Assembly: GCA_965140705.1 (NCBI GenBank)
Contig: OZ223300.1
Coordinates: forward strand, 1,856,001-1,920,000
Reading direction: 5' to 3'
Source of the DNA: an uncultured Arcobacter sp.
GTDB lineage: Bacteria > Campylobacterota > Campylobacteria > Campylobacterales > Arcobacteraceae
DNA: 64,000 nt
This document shows, one piece after another, positions 28,696 to 39,557 of the stretch. A program made the translations under genes and the position numbers. The notes beneath the pieces are model-generated. The model was not told the origin of the DNA. It saw nothing but the letters and a program-made list of their open reading frames with translations, and did no database searches. The first letter of the stretch is position 1. The number at the start of each line of letters is the position of its first letter.

Positions 28696-31188
28696 TTATT
28701 TTGCTATCAAATCATTTAATAGTGAACTTAAATTACTATTATTTTTATAATTGCTTTTAGTAATACTATTATTTAATTTAGTATCAATAATTCCCCTATT
28801 TGAACTTATTGTTAAGTTATATAAACTATTTGTTTTTATACTTTCATCTAAGTTAATATCAATAACTTCATCACCTTTTAGAGCTAATATATTTATATCT
28901 TCACCTTCTGTAAATTCTAAAGCCAATATTCCAAGGCAGTGTAAATCTGACTTATACTTTTCATCAAAAGATTTTGCAATTATAGCTTTTATTCCAAGTG
29001 CCTTTATTCCTTTTATTGACCATTCAATTTCTTCACCTATTCCAAAATTTTCACCAGCAAACAAAATTAAAGGTCTTTGTCTTTGTTTGAACCTTTGAGC
29101 TAGTTCATAAATAGATACTATCTCATCTTTTTCAAAATCTTTTGTAAAACCACCCTCTTTTGAAATCATTTTGTTTTTCAAACTCACATTATCAAACATT
29201 CCCCTTGACATAATCTCAAAGTTTCCACATCTAGTTTCAAAGGTATTATAATCAAATGACTTTATGCCCTTTTGTTCCAAATAATTACCAGCTTCTGAAT
29301 ATAAAGATATTTGACCTTGGGGAGAGATATATTTAGTTTCTATATTATCTCCTAAAAGTGCCAGTATACCTGCATTTTGAATTTGATTGTTTTTAGTTTC
29401 TACATTATTCACAAAATTTGATTGTTTTATATCTATGGAGTTTTCATCCCAATCAAAAGTTTTGTTTTTAGGTATTTGTATATTTTGCCAAGAGATATCA
29501 CCTAAAAATATATTATTGTATATCTCTTTATAAAATTCAAAATCTAATTTATCTAAATACTCAATTACTAAATCATTATTTGGCCAAAATTCACAACTCT
29601 TCATCTCTTTTATAATATTACTTTTTATTGTTTGACCTAAGGTATATACAATAAGTAAAGATGGAGACATTAAATAACTTGATTTTATCAAAGGATGGAT
29701 TTTTTCTTTTAGGTGTCTATTTCCAGAACTTATTGAAACAACATTTAAGTTGTATTTTCTAATCTCTTCTTCTACTCTCTCATCTAATGAATAAATAGTA
29801 TCACACTCATTATCAATAATATCAAAGCCTAAATATCCAAAGTACTTCAATAAATCTAGTTTTGTTAAATAACTCTTTACAATATGAGATTTTATTATCA
29901 ATACTTTTTTTATATTTTCATTAGCTTTAAGTCCTAATTCATAAGCTTTTTTTGCCACAAGTCCAGCATGTATCAATAAGTAAGGATTTGATACCATTGT
30001 GCAAGTATTAATAGTTGCTAATACAATGGAGGTATCCTTTAAAGTTATCCCCTCTTTTGTTATATGCAGCTTATCTAATTCTTCTATTTGTACTTTATTT
30101 TCAATATCCTTATAATCAAAAATAATAGGTTCTAACTCATCTAAGTTTATCTCAATAACTTCATCAAAAGAGAACTCTTTGTTTTCAAAGAAAAGGTCTT
30201 GTTTTTTTAGGTATATTTTAATAAGTTTTGAAAACTCATTACTATTTTTTGTATTACTAAAATACAATAATGTTTTATCATCTATTGGAAAATAAAAAGA
30301 AATCGCACCATATTTTGTAGCCATATTAGACAAAGAAGATCTATCTTCTAATGTTAACTCAGAAAGACCATCACCTAAGAATTCAACTATTTGATTATTT
30401 ATCCCATGTTCTTTTAATCTAAATTTTAAATATAATACTAAATCAGATGAAGTAATCCCTTTTCGTAGTTTCCCTTTTATATTTACACCTAAAACTTTTG
30501 GTAACTTAAACTTTATAGGATAGCCTAATAGTGACAATTGGGTATCTATTCCTCCCACAGAATAACTTAATACTCCTAGTGAGTTTGTAATAGAAGAGTT
30601 TGAATTACTACCTAAAACTGTTTCTGGAAATAAATAGTTTTTCCCATCTTTTTGTTCTAGATGAATAATTGTAGATAGATATTCTAAGTTTAATTGATGA
30701 CAAATTCCAGAACCTGGTGGAATAACACGAAAATTACTAAAACTATTTTGAGCCCATTTTATAAATTTATATTTCTCTTTATTTTTTTCTATTTGAGACT
30801 GAATATCTTCTTGTGAACAATTGTGTTCTAAATCATAATCAAAAAGTAAATCAAGCATAAGCTTAGGATTGATTTTTTCTATTTTTTCTGGAGTATCTTT
30901 TACTTGTTCTCTTAATGTAGCTAAATCTATCAAAGAAGGAAGTATTGTAAAGTCTTGAGTAATCATTCTTGAAGGATAAAAATTAATTAAAGAGTTTTTT
31001 CTAGTTAAAAAAGCATCAATTATATACTCAATTTCTTCATCACTTGTTGCTTTTCTTAAATTCTCTTCTAACAAAATTTTCAAGGAAATTGGAAGTTTTT
31101 TTAAGCTTTCATAGATTGAAAAAACTTTTTTTAAATCATAATAATAAAAAAGTTCATTCTCTATTTCAAAACTATTAAGAATATTCAT
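28696..31188 (-). CDS. Aconitase A/IRP-family homologue, predicted catalytically inactive
   Basis: Collinear AcnA motifs (QDFT, PPGSGICHQ.NLE, SGNR, ISP.G), but DHS, DSH, CxxC, TDH and GSSR motifs are replaced. Confidence 0.85.
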   Translation of the reverse strand: MNILNSFEIENELFYYYDLKKVFSIYESLKKLPISLKILLEENLRKATSDEEIEYIIDAFLTRKNSLINFYPSRMITQDFTILPSLIDLATLREQVKDTPEKIEKINPKLMLDLLFDYDLEHNCSQEDIQSQIEKNKEKYKFIKWAQNSFSNFRVIPPGSGICHQLNLEYLSTIIHLEQKDGKNYLFPETVLGSNSNSSITNSLGVLSYSVGGIDTQLSLLGYPIKFKLPKVLGVNIKGKLRKGITSSDLVLYLKFRLKEHGINNQIVEFLGDGLSELTLEDRSSLSNMATKYGAISFYFPIDDKTLLYFSNTKNSNEFSKLIKIYLKKQDLFFENKEFSFDEVIEINLDELEPIIFDYKDIENKVQIEELDKLHITKEGITLKDTSIVLATINTCTMVSNPYLLIHAGLVAKKAYELGLKANENIKKVLIIKSHIVKSYLTKLDLLKYFGYLGFDIIDNECDTIYSLDERVEEEIRKYNLNVVSISSGNRHLKEKIHPLIKSSYLMSPSLLIVYTLGQTIKSNIIKEMKSCEFWPNNDLVIEYLDKLDFEFYKEIYNNIFLGDISWQNIQIPKNKTFDWDENSIDIKQSNFVNNVETKNNQIQNAGILALLGDNIETKYISPQGQISLYSEAGNYLEQKGIKSFDYNTFETRCGNFEIMSRGMFDNVSLKNKMISKEGGFTKDFEKDEIVSIYELAQRFKQRQRPLILFAGENFGIGEEIEWSIKGIKALGIKAIIAKSFDEKYKSDLHCLGILALEFTEGEDINILALKGDEVIDINLDESIKTNSLYNLTISSNRGIIDTKLNNSITKSNYKNNSNLSSLLNDLIAK

Positions 31189-31289
31189 TCCACTTAACCT
31201 TTACAATTAATAATATGTAAAATACCAAATGATTGTTTAATATTTTATTATGGTATAATGGCTGCTTTAATTTTTACAATGGATGGCAA

Positions 31290-33215
31290 ATGCACAATAC
31301 TACAAAATATAATTTATTAAAAATAATTCTATTATTACTACTATCAATAAACCTCTTTGGGAATAATCTTCTTTTGGGAGACACTGAAGTAAAAAGTCAA
31401 CAAAATCAACAAAATGATCAAACTGCAACTGATACACAAACAGATGGAACTAATACTACTAATGAAGTAGACCCTTATGATTTGGGCTTTATTATTAAAC
31501 TAATTCAAAATAAAAATTTTAAATTACATACAGATAATCAAATTGAAAAAATTGATGATGAAATGGAAAAGATTATAAAGAACATAAATAAAGAGGTTCC
31601 TTATAATTTTGATGAAAAAGATTATGAACAAAAAACTAAATTCTTAAATAGTAAAATAAATATCAATTCTAAATATGATAATAATTTAGCCGTATCAAGG
31701 GATCTTTTAAAAATAACTATCTTAGAAAATAAAAGAAACTTTGCTCAAACAATTAATTCAATTATAGATGGAAAAAACTCTTTTAAAGATAAAAAATATT
31801 ATGTATCTTTACTTGATGACTCAATAAAAAAATTAAAAAATATAGATTTAAATATTTTTAGAAAAACTGCTTCACAAATAAGTGATTTAAATGATACACT
31901 TTCTACTGATTTTAAAACTTCTTTAAATACACTAGAGTCACAAATAAAAGCAAACTTACTAGTATATAATTATCTAAGATCAAATATGAATGAATATAGA
32001 CCTAGTAATTTTATATTAGATGAACTAAGTTTAAAATATGTAATTAAAAAAATTGATTCTACTAGTTATATAAAAAATATATCTGAAATATTTGATTACT
32101 ATTTCCATATTTCAATAGGTAAAATTGTTATTCTTATATTTATATTTATTATATTTTCTATAATTAACAGAAAAATATTGCCATTCTTTGCAAGTTTATT
32201 TAATAAAAAGTTATCAAAAAAAATAAAGACTTTAAATATCTCTATTATAGATATTGTTCCAAGTAGTTTTAGTTTTTCTGTTTCTATTTTAATGTATATT
32301 TTTGCTTTACAATTATCTCTTTTTTTACTAATTGATAGTGCAACTATAGTAAATAAACTTGTTCCTTGGTTTTCTACAGTTTATTTAGCACTTCTATCTT
32401 ATATGTTTTATAGAATACTAACAAATTATATAAATCTTTCATCTGATAAAATATTTAATGATTATCCAAATATGAGAAAAGAGATGGTAGATTTTATATT
32501 AAGAATTTTAAAAATATTAATTCTTATTTGTCTACTTTTATTTTTATTAGTTCAATTAGGTTTTGATATTAAAGCTATTATTGCTTCACTTGGTATTGGT
32601 GGTATAGCAGTTGCACTTGCTGCAAAAGATACTCTTACAAACTTTTTTGGGTCATTAAATATTATTACAGATAATTCATTTTCTCAAGGGGATTGGATAG
32701 AGGCTGGAAATGTTGAAGGAACTGTTGTTGATATTAGAATGAGAACAACAAGAATAAGAACTTTTGCAAATGCTATGATAACAGTACCCAATGCCCAATT
32801 AGCAAATATGTCTATACTTAACTGGTCAAAACGAGTAATAGGAAGAAGAATTATGATGTCAATAGGTATTACTTATGGAAGTAAAATGAGTGATATTGAA
32901 AGTCTTGTTGTTGATATTAGAGAGATGTTACAAGAGCATCCATCAATTGCAAGTTCTAAGTTAAATATTGATAAAAAACCTTACTTATTAAAAAAAGAGG
33001 ATTTAATTGGTGTAAAAAATACTACTTTAGTATATATTGATGAATATGCAGCAAGTTCTATTAATATTTTAGTTTACTGCTTTAGTAGAAGTCCAGATTG
33101 GGAAGACTGGCTAGAAACAAAACAAGATGTTATTGTAAAAATTTCACAATTAGTAGCAAAAAACAATTGTTCATTTGCTTTCCCTACTCAAACTATTCAT
33201 TTGGAAAAAGAATAA
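31290..33215 (+). CDS. MscS-family mechanosensitive channel with large periplasmic N-terminus
   Basis: ASLGIGG.A.ALAA.D...N, GDWI, G.V..I..R.T, FAFPTQT; ATG at 31290 precedes signal peptide. Confidence 0.9.
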   Translation: MHNTTKYNLLKIILLLLLSINLFGNNLLLGDTEVKSQQNQQNDQTATDTQTDGTNTTNEVDPYDLGFIIKLIQNKNFKLHTDNQIEKIDDEMEKIIKNINKEVPYNFDEKDYEQKTKFLNSKININSKYDNNLAVSRDLLKITILENKRNFAQTINSIIDGKNSFKDKKYYVSLLDDSIKKLKNIDLNIFRKTASQISDLNDTLSTDFKTSLNTLESQIKANLLVYNYLRSNMNEYRPSNFILDELSLKYVIKKIDSTSYIKNISEIFDYYFHISIGKIVILIFIFIIFSIINRKILPFFASLFNKKLSKKIKTLNISIIDIVPSSFSFSVSILMYIFALQLSLFLLIDSATIVNKLVPWFSTVYLALLSYMFYRILTNYINLSSDKIFNDYPNMRKEMVDFILRILKILILICLLLFLLVQLGFDIKAIIASLGIGGIAVALAAKDTLTNFFGSLNIITDNSFSQGDWIEAGNVEGTVVDIRMRTTRIRTFANAMITVPNAQLANMSILNWSKRVIGRRIMMSIGITYGSKMSDIESLVVDIREMLQEHPSIASSKLNIDKKPYLLKKEDLIGVKNTTLVYIDEYAASSINILVYCFSRSPDWEDWLETKQDVIVKISQLVAKNNCSFAFPTQTIHLEKE

Positions 33216-33217
33216 TC

Positions 33218-34753
33218 TTGAAAAAAGGACAAATAATTAATTCAAATCTATTTTTTAGCCTCATTGATGAGGCAAATGATATGATTTCAATATATGATAT
33301 GAAAAATTCAAATATTGTATATGCAAACAAAAAGTTTTTAGACACATTAGAATATACAATGGATGAAATCTCAAAATTAGATATTAATGATATAAAAGAA
33401 TCCATTGATGAAAAAGATTGTTTAAATGAAATTATAATTAAAGATAAAATTACAAATTACTCTAACTTTTATTCTAAAAGTAGAAAAAAATTTATTTTAG
33501 AAACAAATATAAAGTACTATACACAAGATGATGTAGAATATATGATATGTATTTCAAGAGACATAACTCAAAAACTTGAAAAAGAACAAAAACTTAAAGC
33601 AGAAATAGAGCAAAATATAATTGAGATGAAAAATCAAGAAAAATTTTTAAATACACTTCTTGATAGTAATCCCACATCAATATTTTACAAAGATAAAAAT
33701 GGTAAATATTTAGGTTGTAATAAAGCTTGGGAAAAATTAACCGGTATAAAAGTAAGTGCAATTATTGGTAAATCTGTTTTTGACATTGCACCACCTGATG
33801 TTGCTAAAACTTATCATGAACAAGATGAAAAAGTATTTAATCTTGAAGAGAATCCCCAAATATATCAGTCAGAAGTTTATAACAAAGAGCAAAATAGTAG
33901 ATTTAAAGTAATATTTTATAAATCAGCATATTTTGATACAAATGATAATGTATTAGGTCTTATAGGTGTTGTTATTGATATTACAGATATAACAAAATTA
34001 GAAGAAGAAAAAAAAGAGAAAGATAAACTTTTATACCATAAGTCAAAAATGGAAGCTATGGGTGAAATGATTGAAAACATTGCTCATCAATGGAGACAAC
34101 CACTATCAACAATGACTACTTCAGCAAGTGGAATAAAATTACAAAAAGATTTTGGTATTTTAACAGATGAAAATCTAACAAAATTTATAAATATAATAGC
34201 TGAAACTTCAAATCACTTATCAAATACTATAGATGATTTTAGAAACTTTTTTAAACAAACAAAAGAAAAAAATAGATTTTATATAGAAAAAGTATTTAAC
34301 AAAACTTTAAACCTTTTATCAGCAAAATTTACAAATGAACATATTAAAATAATTAATGATATACAACATATAGAAATATCATCTTTACAAAATGAACTCA
34401 TTCATGTTATTTTAAATATTTTAAATAATGCTATAGATGCTTTTATTTCTCTTAAAAAAGAGAACTATAAAGATAAGTATATTTTTATAGAATGTTATAA
34501 AAAAGATGATTTTTTAATTATAGAAATTAAAGATAATGCAAAAGGTATTAAAAATGAAATTATAGATAGAATCTTTGAACCATATTTTACAACTAAACAT
34601 CAAAGCCAAGGAACTGGTATTGGTCTATATATGAGCCAAGAGATTGTTTATAAACATTTAAACGGTGAGATAGAAGTAGAAAAAGTAACTTTTGAGTATA
34701 AAGATAAAACTTATGATGGTTCTAAATTTATAATCAAACTACCAATTGAGTAA
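33218..34753 (+). CDS. PAS-PAS sensor histidine kinase (cytoplasmic, orphan)
   Basis: Two PAS domains; IAHQWRQPL H-box; N, D.A.GI, F.PYFTTK, GTGIGL boxes; TTG at 33218 chosen to avoid overlap. Confidence 0.9.
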   Translation: MKKGQIINSNLFFSLIDEANDMISIYDMKNSNIVYANKKFLDTLEYTMDEISKLDINDIKESIDEKDCLNEIIIKDKITNYSNFYSKSRKKFILETNIKYYTQDDVEYMICISRDITQKLEKEQKLKAEIEQNIIEMKNQEKFLNTLLDSNPTSIFYKDKNGKYLGCNKAWEKLTGIKVSAIIGKSVFDIAPPDVAKTYHEQDEKVFNLEENPQIYQSEVYNKEQNSRFKVIFYKSAYFDTNDNVLGLIGVVIDITDITKLEEEKKEKDKLLYHKSKMEAMGEMIENIAHQWRQPLSTMTTSASGIKLQKDFGILTDENLTKFINIIAETSNHLSNTIDDFRNFFKQTKEKNRFYIEKVFNKTLNLLSAKFTNEHIKIINDIQHIEISSLQNELIHVILNILNNAIDAFISLKKENYKDKYIFIECYKKDDFLIIEIKDNAKGIKNEIIDRIFEPYFTTKHQSQGTGIGLYMSQEIVYKHLNGEIEVEKVTFEYKDKTYDGSKFIIKLPIE

Positions 34754-34834
34754 AAATTAACATATTAATTTTATTTTATATTATGTTTTTTTTTAATATA
34801 AGATAACTAATTTATAATAAATGGATAACTAATA

Positions 34835-37648
34835 ATGACAGATTCAATAAAAATATATAATGCAAGAGAAAATAACTTAAAAAATATAAACCTAGAAATT
34901 CCAAAAAATAAACTAATAGTTTTTACAGGTCTTAGTGGTTCGGGAAAATCGACTCTAGCTTTTGATACACTTTACGCAGAAGGTCAAAGAAGATATATAG
35001 AATCACTATCTGCTTATGCAAGACAATTCTTAGATAAAGTAGGAAAACCTGATGTTGAAAGAATAGAAGGATTAACCCCAGCAATTGCAATTGACCAAAA
35101 AACAACATCAAAAAATCCAAGATCAACAGTTGGAACTATTACAGAAGTTTATGATTATTTTAGACTTTTATATGCAAGAGTAGGAACGCAACACTGCCAC
35201 AAATGTGGAAAACCTATTTCAAAAATGAGTGCTTCTGATGTAATTGAGCAAGTATTACAATTACCAGATGATTCAAAAATAGTAATTCTAGCACCCTTAG
35301 TAAATAGAAAAAAAGGTTCTTTTGCAGATATGTTAGAGAGTCTTCGTGGAAAAGGTTATGTAAGAGCTATTATTGATGGTGTAATGGTTAGACTTGATGA
35401 AGAGGTTGAACTAGAAAAGAATAAAATGCACACTATCAAAGTAGTAATAGATAGAGTCGTTGTAAAAGCTGAAAATAAAGATAGAATTGCACAAGATGTT
35501 GAAAAAGGTTTAAAAGAGAGTTTTGGAGAACTTGAAATAGAGATTATGAATCATGAAGAAGTAGGAACTGAAAAACATATTCATTACTCTGAACATATGG
35601 CTTGTTTCGATTGTAAAATCTCCTTTGAACCACTTGAACCACTAACTTTTTCTTTTAACTCACCAAAAGGTGCTTGTTCATCTTGTGATGGTCTAGGGAT
35701 TAGATATGCCCTTGATATGAAGAAAGTAATTAATGAAAGCCTAAGTATTGATGATGGAGCCATAAGAGTTATTTATGGTTTTAATAAAGGTTACTATTTT
35801 AAGATGTTAAAAGCCCATTGTGAAGCAGCAGGTATTGATACTTCTGTTCCATTTGATACATTAGAAGAGTATCAAAAAAAATCAATTTTACATGGTGGAG
35901 TTGAAGATGCCGTATTTACTTGGAAAAGACATAAACTAACAAGAAAATGGGAAGGTATAGTTAAAATAGCCTATGACATGATAAAAGATGAAAAAGACTT
36001 AGGTGAATATATGACAGAAAAAGCTTGTAGTGATTGTGGGGGGAATAGATTAAAACCTTCATCTCAAGCTGTAAAAGTAGCAAATAAAACAATTTCAGAA
36101 ATCATAACTTTACCTATTGAAGATGCCTTTAAATTTTTCCATGATGAAAATAACTTCAAATATTTATCTGACCAGTCAAAAATGATTTCAGCTCCTATTT
36201 TAAAAGAGATAAAAGAGAGAATCTTTTTTCTAAATGATGTTGGATTAGGATATATAACTTTAGGAAGAGATGCAAGAACAATTAGTGGTGGAGAAGCACA
36301 AAGAATAAGAGTAGCTTCTCAAATTGGTTCAGGACTTACAGGTGTAATGTATGTATTAGATGAACCATCTATTGGACTACATGAAAGAGATACAAATAAA
36401 CTTATAAAAACACTTAGAGCTTTACAAGAAAAAGGTAATACAGTAATAGTAGTTGAACATGATAAAGAGACAATAGAAGCTGCTGATTATATTGTGGACA
36501 TTGGACCAAATGCTGGAAAATATGGGGGAGAAATTGTATTTGCAGGGACATTAAAACAGATGATGAAAGCAAAAACTTTAACTGCTCAATATGTAACAGG
36601 AAAGAAAAAAATAGATTATGTGCATAATAGACCTCAAGAAAAATTTATTGAAATACAAAATGTAACAATAAATAATATCAAAAACCTTGATGTTCAAATT
36701 CCACTTAAAAATCTATGTGCAATCACGGGAGTAAGTGGAAGTGGAAAATCATCACTTATACTGCAAACTTTACTTCCAGTTGCAAAAGAACTTTTAAACC
36801 ATGCTAGAAAAGTAAATAAAGTAGATGGTGTTTCTATTGAAGGACTTGAAGACCTTGATAAAGTTATTTATCTTGACCAATCACCAATTGGAAGAACACC
36901 AAGAAGTAATCCAGCAACTTATACAGGACTAATGGATGAAATTAGAGTTCTTTTCTCAAAAACAAAAGAGGCACAACTTAGAGGTTATCAAATAGGAAGA
37001 TTTTCATTTAATGTAAAAGGTGGAAGATGTGAAAAATGTCAAGGGGAAGGTGAAATAAAAATAGAGATGCACTTCCTACCAGACATTATGGTTAAATGTG
37101 ATGAATGTCATGGTAAAAGATACAATGCCCAAACATTAGAGATACTATACAAAGGTAAATCAATATCTGATGTATTAAATATGAGTGTTGATGAAGCCTT
37201 TGAATTTTTCAAAAAAGTACCAAAAATATTTGCAAAACTTGAAACTTTGCAAAATGTTGGTTTAGGATATATTACTTTAGGACAAAATGCTGTAACACTT
37301 TCAGGTGGGGAAGCACAAAGAATAAAACTAAGTAAAGAATTAAGTAAAAAAGATACAGGAAATACTCTTTATGTCTTAGATGAACCAACAACAGGTTTAC
37401 ACTTTGCAGATGTTGATAGACTAACAAAAGTATTACATCACCTTGTTGATTTAGGAAACTCAGTACTTGTAATCGAACATAATCTTGATATTATTAAAAA
37501 CTCTGATTGGGTTATAGATATGGGTCCTGAAGGTGGAAGTAAAGGCGGACAAATAGTTGATATGGGAACACCAGAACAAATAGCAAAAAATCATAAAAAA
37601 TCTGGTTCATATACAGGGTATTATTTAGATAAAGAACTCAATTCTTGA
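34835..37648 (+). CDS. uvrA: Excinuclease ABC subunit A
   Basis: Two GxSGSGKS Walker A, two SGGE signatures, zinc-finger CxxC pairs. Confidence 0.98.
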   Translation: MTDSIKIYNARENNLKNINLEIPKNKLIVFTGLSGSGKSTLAFDTLYAEGQRRYIESLSAYARQFLDKVGKPDVERIEGLTPAIAIDQKTTSKNPRSTVGTITEVYDYFRLLYARVGTQHCHKCGKPISKMSASDVIEQVLQLPDDSKIVILAPLVNRKKGSFADMLESLRGKGYVRAIIDGVMVRLDEEVELEKNKMHTIKVVIDRVVVKAENKDRIAQDVEKGLKESFGELEIEIMNHEEVGTEKHIHYSEHMACFDCKISFEPLEPLTFSFNSPKGACSSCDGLGIRYALDMKKVINESLSIDDGAIRVIYGFNKGYYFKMLKAHCEAAGIDTSVPFDTLEEYQKKSILHGGVEDAVFTWKRHKLTRKWEGIVKIAYDMIKDEKDLGEYMTEKACSDCGGNRLKPSSQAVKVANKTISEIITLPIEDAFKFFHDENNFKYLSDQSKMISAPILKEIKERIFFLNDVGLGYITLGRDARTISGGEAQRIRVASQIGSGLTGVMYVLDEPSIGLHERDTNKLIKTLRALQEKGNTVIVVEHDKETIEAADYIVDIGPNAGKYGGEIVFAGTLKQMMKAKTLTAQYVTGKKKIDYVHNRPQEKFIEIQNVTINNIKNLDVQIPLKNLCAITGVSGSGKSSLILQTLLPVAKELLNHARKVNKVDGVSIEGLEDLDKVIYLDQSPIGRTPRSNPATYTGLMDEIRVLFSKTKEAQLRGYQIGRFSFNVKGGRCEKCQGEGEIKIEMHFLPDIMVKCDECHGKRYNAQTLEILYKGKSISDVLNMSVDEAFEFFKKVPKIFAKLETLQNVGLGYITLGQNAVTLSGGEAQRIKLSKELSKKDTGNTLYVLDEPTTGLHFADVDRLTKVLHHLVDLGNSVLVIEHNLDIIKNSDWVIDMGPEGGSKGGQIVDMGTPEQIAKNHKKSGSYTGYYLDKELNS

Positions 37649-37950
37649 GTATAGATGGATTTATAAAAGCAATTGAAGAAGAAAGATTTGTGGAAGCCCA
37701 TGAATTATTGGAAGAAGAGTGGAGATATTACAAACAAATAGAAAATAAATCTAAAGCAAAAGCAGTTCAAGGGCTTATTAATGGAGCTACTGCCTTGGCT
37801 TTATATAGAAAAAAAAGAATTGATGCTTATAAAAGAGTTTGGGAAGTATTTAAAAAATATAATTATTTGTTAGAAGAATTAGATAACAATAAAAAATATT
37901 ATGAAGCAAGTAACTTATTAGAATTAAAAAATAAATCCATAGTTAACTAG
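37645..37950 (+). CDS. DUF309-like protein
   Basis: F.EAHE.LE..W and QGLI..A motifs; TTGA overlap with uvrA. Confidence 0.75.
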   Translation: MSIDGFIKAIEEERFVEAHELLEEEWRYYKQIENKSKAKAVQGLINGATALALYRKKRIDAYKRVWEVFKKYNYLLEELDNNKKYYEASNLLELKNKSIVN

Positions 37951-38305
37951 CTTCATTTTCTTTTGCATTTGAACTTAACATAAATGCTTTTAATCTCATC
38001 ATCTCATCAGTAGGATATTGGGCTTCAAAATCACCCCTTTTTACTTTTACAAAAAAATCCTTTGATTCTTCATTATAGCCAAAACTTAAGTTCGTTAAAG
38101 TCACTTCATTATACGTAGAGAAGTCACCTTTCTTAACTTTATTTGATTTAATTTCTTCTGTTATTTTGTCTTGAACACTTTGAACTTCTTTAGGTTCCTG
38201 GTCATTATCAACTTTTTTACTAGGATTTATTTCATTAACTACTTCAAATTTTTTAATACTATCCATTTGAAATTCATTTAGTGCTGGTATTGGTCCAAAT
38301 TCCAT
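37943..38305 (-). CDS. FlaG-like flagellar protein
   Basis: L.F.Y.EE....FVKV...QYP..EM..L pattern; AGGAGG RBS. Confidence 0.6.
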   Translation of the reverse strand: MEFGPIPALNEFQMDSIKKFEVVNEINPSKKVDNDQEPKEVQSVQDKITEEIKSNKVKKGDFSTYNEVTLTNLSFGYNEESKDFFVKVKRGDFEAQYPTDEMMRLKAFMLSSNAKENEAS

Positions 38306-38400
38306 AATAACCTCCTTTATAAAATCTAGTTATTCTGATACATTTATTATACATCTTTTTTTATATTTTTGTCAAATTTATAGCATTTTTCAAAAAAATT

Positions 38401-38409
38401 TGCTATCAT
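38401..38409 (+). promoter_or_regulatory. Putative extended -10 promoter element
   Basis: TGcTATCAT upstream of the CNNM leader. Confidence 0.45.
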
Positions 38410-38495
38410 ACGATGTTAATTATATTAAAAAGGAGCGGTATCTTGGAAGATAATTCCCAGAGGAATAACTTAAAATCACAAAACAGTAGGACAAT

Positions 38496-39557
38496 ATGGA
38501 ACTTCTAATATTACTATTTGTTTTAGTTATCGGTGTTTCATTTTTGTGCTCTGTTTTAGAGTCAATTATTCTTTCGTTAAATGTTTCATATATTTCTGTT
38601 ATAGAAAAAGAAAAACCAAAATCTGGTAAACTTCTAAAAAATCTAAAGCAGGATATAGATAAATCAATTGCATCAATTCTAATCTTAAATACTATTGCAA
38701 ATACACTTGGAGCAACTGCTATTGGTGTACAAGCTAATGATGTATTTGGTGGTGAATCGTCTTTTGTCATTATTGTTTCTATCATTTTGACATTCTTAAT
38801 ACTCTTTGTTGCAGAAATTATTCCTAAAACAATTGGAGCAGTTTACTGGAAACAACTAGCACCTGTTGCAGCAATTCTTATTAGATTTTGTATTTTTATA
38901 ACTTATCCAATAATCATAGTCACTCAATTTGTTACAAAAAAGATTGCCAATGGTGATTTTTCTAGTGATTCAATTTCAAGAGAAGAATTAATTCATTCAA
39001 CTCTTTTAAGTGAAGAAGAAGGTATTATTGGAGATTTAGAATCTGATATTATTGAAAATACTTTAACAATACACAGTATAAAAGTCAAAGAGATTTTGAC
39101 GCCTAGATCGGTAATGTATTCAATTGAAAAAAATACTAAAATAAAAGATATTTTAGATGATAAAAGAACATACAAATTTTCAAGAGTTCCAATATATGAT
39201 GGGACAATTGATAATATGGTAGGTGTTGTTCTCACTAAAAAAATATTTAAACAAGCAATTAGAGATAGTGAAGTTACAATAGATTCTATTATGACACCTG
39301 TTTTTGCCTTAAATGAGAATATCCCAGTTTCAAAAGTATTAAATACTTTTATCAAAAAAAGAGAACATATGTTTGTTGTACTTGATAATTATGATCAAAC
39401 AGAAGGTATAGTTACCCTTGAAGATTGTATTGAAACATTGCTTGGATTAGAGATAATGGATGAATCAGATACAATTGCTGACATGAGAAAACTTGCTTTA
39501 ACAAAAATGAAAAACAAAAGAAAAGAGAGAGAAAAAAGAAGAGCTAATTTAGCTTAG
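38496..39557 (+). CDS. CNNM/CorB-family (DUF21 + CBS) metal transporter
   Basis: SF.CS..E..LS, IL.LNT.AN, EIIPK, TPR, FSRVP, GIVTLED. Confidence 0.92.
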   Translation: MELLILLFVLVIGVSFLCSVLESIILSLNVSYISVIEKEKPKSGKLLKNLKQDIDKSIASILILNTIANTLGATAIGVQANDVFGGESSFVIIVSIILTFLILFVAEIIPKTIGAVYWKQLAPVAAILIRFCIFITYPIIIVTQFVTKKIANGDFSSDSISREELIHSTLLSEEEGIIGDLESDIIENTLTIHSIKVKEILTPRSVMYSIEKNTKIKDILDDKRTYKFSRVPIYDGTIDNMVGVVLTKKIFKQAIRDSEVTIDSIMTPVFALNENIPVSKVLNTFIKKREHMFVVLDNYDQTEGIVTLEDCIETLLGLEIMDESDTIADMRKLALTKMKNKRKEREKRRANLA

